Of a stretch of DNA of 64,000 bases, positions 51,898 to 64,000 are shown one piece after another. Each line of letters starts with the position of its first letter. Position 1 is the stretch's first letter. A program made the translations under genes and the position numbers. The notes beneath the pieces are model-generated. The model was not told the DNA's origin and searched no databases. It saw only the letters and a list, made by a program, of their open reading frames with translations. This DNA comes from Patellaria atrata CBS 101060. Its lineage: Eukaryota. The stretch lies in NCBI GenBank assembly GCA_010093705.1, contig MU006099.1, forward strand, positions 1 to 64,000, in the 5' to 3' direction.

Positions 51898-54800
51898 CTA
51901 CATCGACCCAAAACCCTTGCTATTCTCCAACGCCACCTTCAATTTCTCCTCCAGCTTCTCCCTGCTACTATATTCCGGCAGCAACAGCTTACCGAAACAA
52001 GTCATACTGGTAGGAACCCTCTCATTGTCTCCGCCGTTTCGTATGATACAAAACGAAATGCTCCGTATACCATTCACAGGTACGCGGTCACTGGCCGTTA
52101 CGAATTCTAGTAACCGCTTGACCTGTTCCTGATCGTACGCAAGGACAACGCTCCAGAACATCTGAATGAAGGGGGAAGTGGGGCTATACCCATCTTCATA
52201 TTGTGTTACCTCCATCAGGCCATTGACATCAATCTCTCGGTGGCCCTCAACTAAATCTCGTAATTTTTCGGGCGTGAAGAGAGACAGTGCGGTTTTGTCG
52301 ATGCATGTAAAAAACCCACGCGTGAAAGCTTCATATTGAGGTGCGATGGACCTCTCCAAAAGCCATTCCGTATAATCAGCGATAAATTGTAGGCGATTCT
52401 CATTCGTCACCATTACGGAGTCTTCGGAAAGTTGACTCCAGTCCGCTGCATCGAAATTTTCATCTTCCCACGGAAGGGGTCCCTCTGGCCGGAATCGTTC
52501 CATGTCGATATTCACGGGTTGACCAAATGCATCGAACGAAAAGTCGTATGTGCGTGCAAAGGTATCACTGACGTCTCCATTGCTCCAATGACGTAGCTCC
52601 AATAACCCTCTAGCTAGGCTAGGCCACCCTTCCATGACATAAGTGAACAGTTTCCTGAAATGATCGCCAAGCAGGCGCGAATAGAAAGCCAATGGGAAAG
52701 AAAGTGGAATCGTAATGCCGTTATACACAGCGAGAGACATCAACAGACCAATGAGTTCGAAGTAGCGGAGGGGTTGCATAGATGCCGGTTGAAACCAAGT
52801 CATTCGAGTTTCCGGGTCTACTGTAAACATACCTAAGATTTGCAGTGAGTAAATGATACTCGTCTAGCAAACGAGATGAAAAAAAAAGGAGCATACCATT
52901 TTCAGGATTCATTGCTTCGGCGAAGGCAAGCCTAAAGAATTCCTGCGATACACCACCTTGATCTACTCCCGCTTCACCTTGGTCTGTTCCAATGCGGACT
53001 TTTAAAGGACGGAGTAGCAATCTCTTCTCTCGATACATTAATTGATTAAAAGTATCCTCCAGCAAATGCTTTCGGCGTACTTCCAATACAAGATAGCGTA
53101 GTGTGGCCGACTTGAGCCGTTCATCGAGAAATGTGGTATAACTGCTTTCAAAGTCTGTGAAATCCACTCCTGTGAATGGATGAAGCCGAGATTGCTGTGT
53201 AATTTTGGTCTCCTGATAATGTGAGAGCATGGTTGTGTGATTGAAGACGCGAAAGATAGAAACCGTAGTCGATGGTGCTGAGAGAAAAGGAAATGAAAGG
53301 ACGTGTAGATAATTAGGATTCGACCGCGGTCTCATAAAATCCGCCGCGATATCCGTCAAATCGAAATGTCGATCTATAAACGGTGAGGGGAAGTCACCAC
53401 CTGTCAGGTAGAGAATTTCTCGAGATTCGTCTGGATGTGTAGGTTAGTATGTACTGGACTTCCATAAATTAAGGACAGAACATACAAAGATTGCTCATGA
53501 TCTCAATAGCTCCACCGGTTTCTGACCAACGGTTCACTAACGCTTTTCCGTCCCAGTGTTTCAAAATGACAGCACGCAACCAATCAAGAAAGAACGGAAT
53601 GAGATTCAGATGAAACCCAAATTCCCTGTTCTTATATTGTTCGACAAACTGAAAGTGATGGATTATAATTGACATGACGTTCGACATCTGCTTTGTTGAA
53701 GCAGTTACATCTGCACTCTTACCGCCCGTTGTTTGCGCGATCTCTGAAAAGCACTTACGAGCAGCAAGCGCCCTCACAAGCTGATCTGCTAGGCGGAGAG
53801 CTGGTTCATACTCAAGACCATCCCTCATACTAAGATTTTCGTTTAGAAAGGGGAGTGTAGACGGATCCTGATCAGTGTCTTTAAAAACTAATCCCATCGC
53901 ACGATGCTGGCGTATATATACAGATTGATTAAGATCGAGGGTTCGAATGAGGGAAGTGAGGGCATAGATACATATTATAGCAATGTGAGCGGCGTCCGCA
54001 TCGTCGACGCGCATATCGCTATCACCTGTAGATAGGGGGTCGGATGTACCCTGGTGAAGGCTTTTGCTCCGTTTACTTTTAGGAAGCGAAAGTCCTGGAG
54101 GAGGATTAAAGAGTACCTTTAGACTCTGCCATAAACTGTCAAAAATCAGTGAGCCGTTCACATTAGTCCAGCAGCTAAACGCTGTGACCAGATTATGTGG
54201 GTTAAGGATTTTGACAGCGGCCGACACTTCTAGGGATGGATCTGAGTATATTTCGCCTCGGAATGACTGTAGCAAGATTTTAGGATTTGCCAAAGTATGG
54301 AACAAAGATCTATCCACGAAGGCATCCTGTGGGCTTTGAGGGTGCAGGTCCTGAGACCCTAGTAATGACATCCCACGAGGCTCCCAGTAGCATGCTGATA
54401 GTGAGTTTGATAATCTCAGTGCTCTTAAATGGAGCATTACATCGCTCGTCAAATGTGAGGTTGAGAGCGCAGGTAGTATCATTTGATGGGAATTACTAGT
54501 AGTAGCATCTAAGTTTAGAGATTTTATAGACAATCGATGATTGGCTATAGCTCCTGTTTCCGTTTGGGATTGAACAGAAGTGCGACGTTCTAGGTTAGAT
54601 ACCGGTCTACTCCGTTCTAAGGGTCCTGTAAGGGGAGATGTTCCCAACACAGAGTTTCCATGGACGGCAGTGCCCGACGAGACATCTTCGTTATCGTCCT
54701 GTAGAGAAAAGATTTCATCGTAACTAGACCGCAAAACAAACTGCGATGACAGTAGTCCCTCAGTCACAGCGTGTTCACTATTTATGGCACTAAGACCCAA

Positions 54801-55672
54801 ATCAAAGAGTCTCAGGTGAGAACTAGCTGAGATAGCCTCGATAACGCCTTGTGATTGTTCTAATAAAAATCTCGGAGGAACATATTGGAACCGTTTAAGA
54901 GATGATGTATTGAATAACATTTGTGTTAATGATTTGCTGTCGATTCTGGTTTGAACCACGGAAGTTGAGGATATTTCCAAAGGTTGTACCTGATCTTGAT
55001 CACTGAGGGAATGAGAATGGGGCGTATCAGAGACCCTCACCCTTCCGCGACGATGCATATTGGGGAAGAAAGCTGGAGCCAGACCAAAATGCAAATATGG
55101 AAGGTGCTTGTTGACTTTATTGGTTTGCCCTGGCATTAGAGCAAAATTCCTCGCTGTTCGCAGGCCGACCACCAGCAAAGATACCAAAGATAACTCTGGC
55201 CTACGCTGCTTATTGTCATTGCCATCTTGTTCAACACAGTTACCATGGTCTACAAATGGCTTCGCGTGTGGACATAGTAGAGAACCTGGGTTGTTCTGGC
55301 TCGCAAGGTAGTATGCGAGGCTTCGACTGCTTAGGATGGTTGGTCTTCGCACCGGGACATTGGGCATTCGTTTTCGACAGCTAAAACACGTTGGAGTAGT
55401 GCAATATTTTTCTTCGCAACCATAACGAAGTTGGAGAAAAAATCTGTGGCTTCAGATTAGCTCGAATCAAAAATGAAGAGAGGAGGCTCGGCTTACTTAT
55501 TGACATAGTGTTGGAATACTGCTTGCCTGAGAATATGATACTGATCTAAATTTTTCTCGTCAGGCGTCTCCAGTACGACAGCGTTGACAAGGCAGTCAGA
55601 GACTTTCTCTCCAAGTATTGTTCTGAGAATGACTGCAGGGTCAGTCTGTGGAGGAGTCTCACGACGGTCCAT
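51898..55672 (-). CDS. HECT E3 ubiquitin ligase with N-terminal AZUL zinc domain (UBE3A/Hul4-like); three introns
   Basis: QLRYGCEEKYCTTPTCFSC (AZUL-like). GEAGVDQGGVSQEFF. LLEFVTASDRVP and PTSMTCFGKLLLPEYSS with the catalytic Cys, ending GFGSM. Introns near 55444-55496, 53431-53484 and 52835-52895. Confidence 0.92.
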
Positions 55673-57093
55673 TATTCATTATCCCTAGAGCAGATATGAT
55701 ATTTTCAAGACAACTGAAGGGGTCGCTGATGAAATGTTTTTAGCTTTATAGCTGTCGGTGTGCCAGGAAAGTGTTGAGGTACTGTACAGGAGTGGTACCT
55801 GCCTGAGAGGGGGGTGAGAAGCTTAGGCGAACGCTCTCGAGACAGAGACATGGCGATGTCAAGCGAACGGGATGATGAGTGAAGACTTATGTGAAATAAG
55901 TGAATTCATGTGTGAAGAATCATCTACAAGAAGTCACTTGTTCCAATCGATAAGGAGGTCAGACGGAATGCGATGTTTTATTAGTAAGGTACCTCGGCTT
56001 GATTGAAACCTAGTTAGTCTACATCTTCCATCACCAGCATGGGATACCTTCATCTTTCATCAATTACTTCGTATTATCTAAATAAATCCTATTACCGTCA
56101 AATAGGTTGTCTCGATATCAAGACCTCTGTCTGATACTAGACATGTACGTTTCTCTAACTTATATACATCTGGAGTCTATATCATAAAGCACGATCCCCT
56201 TTTTCTAATAGGGGAACTTTAGCTTATCCTTCTTACTGGCAGTATATCTTCAAATTCTTAATTCGTCTACTACTGCTCCCTTATTTCCTGATGTTGGTAA
56301 TTACTTGGTAATTACTTAGTTTAGGGACCAGCTCGGTACCCGAAATTATCATTACCGTCATGAGTACGGAGTAAAACTACCGCATTTTCGTGAGAGAGAG
56401 TAGGGAAGACCTGAATGATGTAGATGTAGTGAATACGACTACACTTGCAAATTACCGTACACTTGCACATTTCTTCAATCAGTTAGAAGAGTGCTGATAT
56501 GGGGCTTTGTACTATGTATTCCATAGACTCATCCGCACCGGTGCCCGGGTACGGCCGAGGAAGTGGCGGGTACCTTAAGTAATGATCGCCTCCCGATAAC
56601 GGGCACTGCCGTGCTGCCAAGGGGAATGTGAGGCTCTAATGCCCCATTAATCGCCCGGCTTGGCCCGGAAGCCGTGCCCCTCCCATCCCACCTGTAAACG
56701 TCATGTCGAAATAAGGCAAAATTCAGCCCTACAAACCTCACACCAAAAGCACCAGAGTAACCACCGAAGAGAATCACGGAGAATCTGTCAACCCTTTTCT
56801 GCAGATGAGTAAACAAGTGGTCTTACGGTTATATTTCATTCGAGAAGTAAGAGTACTGGTATAGTTCTATATATACCTTCAATTACTTGGCTCAGTATCA
56901 GATCTACATCGCTTCCGCCACGCTCCTAGTACTTGGGTTGCAACTACACCCGTCTTTGTTTCTCTCTTCCTTTATATCTTTTGCTCTTATTGTAATTGCT
57001 ACTTTATACACACTCTTTGAGACTTACAAACTAAAGTTCTCCTTAGAATCCGACATATAAACCTATTATCAAAAAATTCTTTCAACATCCAAA

Positions 57094-58880
57094 ATGGCTA
57101 CACTCGCCATAACATCCTCCTCTGTCCCAGAGCCTCAAAGCAGTCATTCCACCCATCCCTTCACCTGTAATACGTGCCAGGTCGCTTTCAGATCGAGCGA
57201 CTTGCAAAAGGCTCACATGCAAAGCGATTGGCAGTAAGTGCAATCCCGGTGCATGGCTCCTTGCTCCATACCCCTCCACCATCCCATACTGACCCCGCTC
57301 TTCCCGTAGTCGATACAACCTCAAGAGACGAGTTGCCTCACTACCACCGCTGTCCTCCGAAATATTCACCGAAAAAGTTTTGGCAAACCAGGCTGATGCT
57401 GCTGCTATAGCTGCGAGGGCATCCTACCAAAAGGTATGCGAAGCGTGTCAAAAACCGTACTATAGCGAAAATGCATACAACAACCATTTGAGGAGTCAGA
57501 AACACAAAGTGAATCTGTTAAAGCAGCAGCGTGCGAGTGCTGTTGGTAAAGAAGATGATAATGTATCTGTGATGAGCTCCACCTTCTCATTGGGAGAGCC
57601 CATCGCCCCACCAAAGGAAACCACTGATCCAGTTGCGGAAGAAGAATTTTCAAACATCGTAGAAGGAATCAAAGACACCTCTCTTGAGGATCGAGAAAGC
57701 CCAATACCGCGGCGGCCCACACGTCCACATCATTCTAGTGCTGAAGAACAGAAGGAACACCCCCTTTCCCCCACTGTATCAGGTGAATCTGAGCTGGTAA
57801 AGCCGAAAAGTCCAATCCTCACTTGTCTCTTCTGCAACTTTGCTTCTCCAACATTCCCCCTTAATGTCCTGCACATGACCCGTTATCACAGCATGTTCAT
57901 ACCCGAAGAAGACTACCTCACAGACGAGACTGGTCTTATCGGATTTCTGCACTCCAAAATCATGGATGATCATACCTGCCTCTACTGCGGTAAACACAGC
58001 ACAACTTCAGCTGGCATCCAAACTCACATGCTCGACCGCGGTCACTGCATGATCGCCTTCAATTCCGAGGAAGAAATGATCGAAATAGGCCAATTCTACG
58101 ATTTCAGCTCCACCTACTCCGACGAAGAAGACTCAGATACCAACTCCGATGCCACAGCAGACGACAAGACCAACGGCGGCGTCAAGCTTGGTACCAAACG
58201 CACCGCCAACAACGATGACGCCATGGACGAAGACGACGACGGCTGGGAGACAGATAGCACCCTCTCCTCCGTTCCCACGGATGAAATCACCAGCGTCCCC
58301 ATCCAAGACCGCAGCCACAGGTACAAGCAACTCGGTAAGCATAGACACCACTCCCACGCAGACCCAAGGCCGCATCGCGAGGCGGATGGGTTCCACAGTC
58401 ATGCGCACAACACCCCTCACGCCGTATATCACGACGAGTACGAATTACATCTCCCGAGCGGTCGCACCGCCGGCCACAGGAGCTTGAAAGTCTATTACCG
58501 CCAGAACCTGCGCAGCTACCCCTCCCAATCCGAACGCGAACAACGCCGCATCACCCCCGGATCCGGAGAAGATTCAGACGTCGAAATGGCCGATTCCTCG
58601 ACGCGAAACCCGAACGGCGAAAGGGGCAGACGCGATCAGAGACAGTTGGCTACGCGGGCGAATGGCGGCATGGGTATGGTTGGTGTCACGGACGCGAAGA
58701 AGAGGGAGGTCCTCAAGGCGGAGAGGAGGGAGAGGAATAAGGAACGACGACATGTTGAGAAGGGCAGGTGGAGGAATGAGAAACAGGGGAATTCGCAGAA
58801 GCATTATCGGGTTAGTCATCTTAATATTTTGCGCTCTGTGGATGTTTTACTGACATTGGCAGGATCCGCTATTACAGTGA
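57094..58880 (+). CDS. REI1: Cytoplasmic pre-60S factor Rei1 (ZNF622 family); introns 57234-57309 and 58811-58862
   Basis: FTCNTCQVAF...HMQSDWH|RYNLKRRVASLPP. C2H2 fingers, LHLPSGRTAGHRS, and the C-terminus QKHYR|DPLLQ*. Confidence 0.95.
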
Positions 58881-59406
58881 TTTCGTCTGTGGGCTGGGGA
58901 GTTGAGGTGGTGCATTGTTGGATGCATGAAAGTGTGATAGAGTTTCCGAGAGTGTAGCGCTGAACTGGAGCAATGGTATGCTGATAGAGGACAATAGGAA
59001 GGGGGGGGGGAGGGGGGGGGTTATCAGACGGCTTGGGTTAACCCTTTTATGCCTCGATATGGCTAGAGTAATAATATAAAAGTGTATTCGTTCATCATTC
59101 GTGGCTATATGTGTTTTTTGGTACTAGAATGGAGGTACCGTTGAGAGAATCAGAGATAATTGAATTGGGCAGTACTAACTAATACTACACTGAATCCTCC
59201 CACTAAGAGATTGGGGTATCACTTTTATCGAGCCTTACTGAACCAAAGTATGATATGCGAAAGAGAAATGGTTCAACGTACAGAACTCCGGTGACTAAAA
59301 AGCCATATCGGCAAAGCTGTACAAATGTGGATTTGGGTAAATCTGTACGTGAATACCGTACAGCACCAAAACCTGACCAGCGAATCGGGTATACACCTAC
59401 TTTGGC

Positions 59407-61731
59407 CTACGTATTTCCATTACCCAATACCCATCGGTATTCTATGGGCTCCAAGTCTCGCGGGAAGGACGTGGGATCCCACTCCCGCACCTGAACCCGG
59501 TCAGCGGAGGGGCAACACACGTGCGCGGGCCTACGCTTGAACACCTCAAAACACTGATCTAGGTACTCTTCCGCCTCGTACTCGACCTCGATGAGGTGCG
59601 GGGTGCGCGGGTGGGGGAGTTCGAGGAAGAGGTGTCCGACCAGATTGTGGATCTGGTAGCTCGCTAGGTAGTCTAACTCGCTTTTGCTGGCCCAGAGGTG
59701 TTTATTTTGCTGTACGAGCGTATCTAGGTACGCTGGGATACGGGGGGGTGAGAATTCCGATGGGAGTGTTGATTGGGCCGTGGGGTAAGAGGGCCAGACC
59801 GTACCACTATCCGTCCTGTCGGTCTTTGGAAGGGTGATACTAGTGCTCTGCGAGGAAGACCTTGTCCGAGAGGAGTGTGGGAATCCTGATATACGGGTAC
59901 TGGTCGACGTTCAGGTGGTAGCTCTTTTCCGATCAGATCCGTAGGAAATTGAATCCGAGACGCCCATGTCTCTGCCATTCTAGAACGGTGTCAGCTTCTC
60001 GGCAGAGGCGGTCTACGGTACGAAATTGTCCGGAATGTAAGCCGAATAGAGCGCCCAAGGGCGCAAATTCCGTCTTTACGTTGACTAACCGCCGGTCGTT
60101 GGTTGCGACTAGGCTGTGGACTATTTCATCGAGCTTTGAGGTACGGAGAACGATGTCGAAGCCAGGGTCCCTGGCGAGGGGATAGTACATCCATCTGGGC
60201 GCTGCGATACCTAAGATATTGTGATCCGCATGTTCGACACAATCCATCCATCGGTGCGCTACGGTACCTACGAGGACGAAGGGATAGTTGAAATCTTTGA
60301 GGACGCCAGCAGTGGGTGAGAGTGTACTGTTGGTAGCCGGCATAAGTTTCGATAGTACGACGCCACCAAGCCACAAAATGAGTTTGTAATGTAAATATAT
60401 TTTTGATTATCTAATCCTACCACTTTGTGAATCTGCCTTCTGCTGTAACGACGTCCTTACAGCATTGTTGCATGCTCTCAATCAGTTCATGAAGCTGCTC
60501 AGTTGTAATTGCCTCCCATGCCTCCTTCACGATAGTACGTAATGTATCGTATGTTGGATTTTCAAGAGCCCCATACTTATGCTGTATGTAGTCCTTCATC
60601 CAGTTCCATACTGTCTCAATAGGATTGAGATCTGGTGAGAATGGAGGCCAAGTCATGGTGTTGATACCACGTTCTTGTAGCTCTTGAATCATCGCTACCG
60701 CTGCCTGCGCAGGGGCATTATCTTGCATAAAGATTAAGCCTGGATTCATCATTATCCACTTATGTACAATCGGTACGATACGATTGCAGTATGTATCTTG
60801 ATTGAAACTGCCCCATTCCTTCTCCCAAAAGAGACATGGCCCTTTTGTTGTACCGTTGAATGATGCCCAAAACATCCGGCCACGGTTACGACGTCTCTTT
60901 GTAACCAGACATGTATCTTCTAGCTCTTCACCTTGTTGTCTTGTAACCCAAGTCTTTCGATGCCTTATACCATTGACCCAGGTCTCGTCACTCCTGAGTA
61001 TTGTACACCACTGGTTGCATGTCTACTCCACATGCTCCTCTGCCCAGGCTAATCTCTTCAAACAATTAGACTCAGTTTAGGGAGATTTGGCTAAGGCAAT
61101 GTACCTTCGATATCCAGCGCGACGTAATGAGGATCGGATTGCATATTCACCAACACCCCAGTGTGCAAATATCTCAGTTGCGAGTCTCTGATAGCTCATA
61201 CGACGTGTCTCTCGTGATTGACGTATATACGTAATCAACTGTTCAACCTGCTCTTGTGATAACTGTGGTGGGCGCCCGCTACGCTTCTTTGGTGTAACTT
61301 GCTCGGCTTGACACGCTCGCTGAACTTGCTGGTATGAGAATCCAAGATGCTTGACAATTGCTTCATATGTAAGGCCAATTCCTCGTAATGTTTGACTTGG
61401 ATTCGTTGGTCGCGAGTAAGATGATGGCGTTGAAGGGAGGCATATTCAGTCCTTCAGTATAGATAGATATATAACACTAAGGTAATAACACGTGGACGCG
61501 AGGAGTGAATAGGATATTAAATAAGACGCTGAGTAAGAAATAATAGTATGAATATAGTTAGTATATACAAAAGCTTGGTGGGGTCGTACCATCGAACCTT
61601 ATGCCGGCTACCAAAGTACTGACATCTATACATTCTTGTGCAAATGAGCCGAAACGAGTTAAATATTCTTCACTGTACAATTCAACGGTTGATACTTCCT
61701 TTTCAAAGAGTATCTCAATATGGATAGTCAT
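59407..61731 (-). pseudogene. Fungal protein of unknown function (possibly nucleotidyltransferase-like), split by Tc1
   Basis: Removing the Tc1 and one TA gives MTIHIEILF...CIDVSTLSPTAGVLKDFNYPFVLVGTVAHRWM. It continues LRI*SEKSYHLNVD...IPAYLDTLV...QIHNLVGHLFLELPH with stops and a frameshift. Confidence 0.7.
60327..61616 (-). mobile_element. Tc1/mariner DD34E transposon, full length with a disrupted transposase
   Basis: TIRs of about 45 bp (CT(G)TTGGTAGCCGGCATAAG...) flanked by TA. Motifs SGRPPQL, SDETWV, FMQDNAP and WPPFSPDLNPIE, with 34 residues between D and E. Confidence 0.93.
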
Positions 61732-62138
61732 TTTGTGGAGAGTGGTGAGGATGAGGTGATAGTAAGGATAGAGGATTAGACTGTGCTCTTCGATATGGGG
61801 TTGGGGATGATGATAGCGATATAGTTGGTAGCCAGTGATGGATTCTGCTCCGTCTTATAATGAGAGCTATAGGTAGGATGCTGCAAGAGGGGAAAAGTAT
61901 TTGTAGAATTTTGTAAACAAGAAAGGTTTAGGACAACTTGCCTGTTAACTTATAGCAAAGTAATTCCAGATCTCGCTTGAAAATTAAGCTTTGATCTGCG
62001 AGCACGGTCAAAACCATAATCAGTCCGTTAACGGTTAGCTCAAACCGTCATGGACCAAGTTCGGCTAAACTCCGTAAACCACATTGTTTAGGAGCAGAGT
62101 TACTCATCCAGCTACAAGCTTCCATTTCCTTATCCATC

Positions 62139-63742
62139 ATGCCAGAAACAACTTCAAGGAAGCGTTCGCGATCGCGATCAAGGTCCCCAAACCCAAGGGA
62201 TCGCAAGCGCCCTACATCCTCTTCAGCGAGAGCTACAACCAACAACTCTCTTCCCTCGAAGCCTGAACCTCCCCGTAGAAGTTCACGCTCGCGCTCACCC
62301 CCTCGACAACGAAAACGCCCCGGCGCGGCATCTCGCATTACTGCCGCCGACCGTGAAGCTGCCGAAAAGCTCAGGCAAGGACGTCTTCAACAAGAAGCCG
62401 AAGAAGCCAAACGCGAAGCAGCCGCGCGTGGTGTCCATGACGTCGTGAAACAGCATTACAACGCGGTCCCTGAACGAGGACGGGATTGGCGAAAAACGGA
62501 ATCCAAGATAAAGGGTTTACGGAGTTTCAACAATTGGGTCAAGAGCGCGCTGATCAGGAAGTTCTCCCCGGATGAAAACTTCAACTATTCAGCTGGGCTT
62601 CAGGGAGGTGCGCCGCAACTGCTGGTGCTAGATATAGGCTGCGGTAAAGGTGGCGATTTGCAAAAGTGGCAACTTACACCGCAGCAAGTGGGGCTCTATG
62701 TGGGTTGTGATCCGGCGGATGTGTCAATTCAGCAGGCGAAAGAAAGGTATCGGCAGATGCAGACGGGACGGCCAAGAGGAAGACGTCCGCAATATCCTCT
62801 TTTCGAGGGGCATTTCTTTGTCAAGGATTGCTTCGGAGAGTGGTTGGGTGATATTCCATTCATAAGAGAGGTGGGGATCGATCCGAATGTTGGACCAGGT
62901 GTGAATCAGATGGCCCAGAGGTGGTCGGGTACAGCTAGTTTCGATGTGGTGAGCATGATGTTTTGCATGCATTACGCATTTGAGAACGAAACAAAAGCGA
63001 GAGGTATGCTGAGGAACGTAGCGGGTGCTCTAAAGAAAGGGGGGCGATTCCTCGGCGTGATTCCCAACTCAGACGTCCTTTCAGAAAAGGTGGAGGAATA
63101 CCACAAGAGTAAACATTCCAATGGCGCCGCAGCGCAAGTTGATGACGATGATGACGATTGGGATCCGGAGAAAAGCTTGGATGACCCCAAACCCCCCCAA
63201 CCGGAAGAATCCAAAGAGAATGGCGAGGACGGTGAAGTGAGGGGAGAAGGATTTGAGTGGGGTAACAGCATCTACAGAGTCAAGTTCCCGGGCAAGACGC
63301 CTTCAGACGGTATTTTCAGGCCTCCGTTCGGCTGGAAATATTTCTACTTCCTGGAGGAGGCGGTCGAGGAGGTCCCAGAATATGTCGTCCCGTGGGAAGC
63401 GTTTCGAGCGTAAGTACGCTCAGATCATGATGGATTCATTACTATGGCAATATCACAACTAATGATTTGAGACATAGGCTGGCAGAGGACTACAATCTCG
63501 AACTTCAATATAGACGCCCTTTCAACGAGGTCTGGAACGAAGAGAAAGACGTGCCTGAGATGGTGAGGTTGAGCGAGGTTATGAATGTGAGGGACAGACG
63601 GACTGGAGAACTTATGGTCAGTCCACAGGAAATAGAAGCAGCAAGTAAGTTCTCCTGTAGTTACGAGAGGGGGTTTGCTTTTGATCTATATATCCTAACT
63701 TGGACAGGTTTTTATCATGCGTTTTGCTTTTATAAAGTTTAG
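62139..63742 (+). CDS. ABD1: mRNA cap guanine-N7 methyltransferase; introns 63410-63477 and 63645-63707
   Basis: IKGLRSFNNWVKS, VLDIGCGKGGDLQKW, FDVVSMMFCMHYAFE, VPEYVVPW and FYHAFCFYKV. Confidence 0.96.
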
Positions 63743-64000
63743 ATATGCATATGTATCACTAGAAACCGGGTATTAATATTGCTCCGGCTGGGAATTCTAT
63801 AGTCATTTAGCATTAAAGCATCCATGGGAATAGGAGTCCGAAATTCATAGGATACATTTTAGAATTTCAAGTGTTCCAAGTTGATGTATCATTATTCGGA
63901 TCTACTCTAAGTTGTGTTCTTGTTTCTGGATCCTCCTTGAGTTAAGCCCACCGCCGTTCAGGTGTCAGGTACAGTATAATCATATTACATAAAGTCATAT

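Noticed and set aside
59933..60376. 147-aa ORF as an independent gene starting MWLGGVV
   Set aside because: Its first 16 or so codons come from the Tc1 TIR. The real start lies beyond the transposon at 61731.

Overview
Filamentous ascomycete DNA (Pezizomycotina, inferred from intron signals, gene content and RIP signatures). Intact conserved genes: GH11 xylanase, an Rgt1-like Zn2Cys6 transcription factor, ATG13, a DUF1349 protein, complex I 30 kDa subunit (NDUFS3), NOT4, an AZUL-HECT E3 ligase, REI1 and ABD1. Between them lie accessory or transposon islands. At 1-1.9 kb a RIP-erased AT-rich block sits next to a dead A-T-TE NRPS-like gene. At 12.3-13.0 kb is a long-TIR non-autonomous element. 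At 17-30 kb are orphan ORFs, LINE fragments and nested solo LTRs. At 40-51 kb a degenerate Ty1/copia element, LINEs and solo LTRs are flanked by two broken F-box/LRR-like paralogs. At 59.4-61.7 kb a Tc1 element splits a pseudogene. The most unusual observation is a 71-bp structured TG...CA element present twice (28846-28916 and 44804-44874). Each copy has its own perfect 5-bp target-site duplication, and its ends match a local family of longer solo LTRs. It is a candidate ultra-short integrase-mobilised element. All calls come from reading the sequence by eye; no database searches were run.
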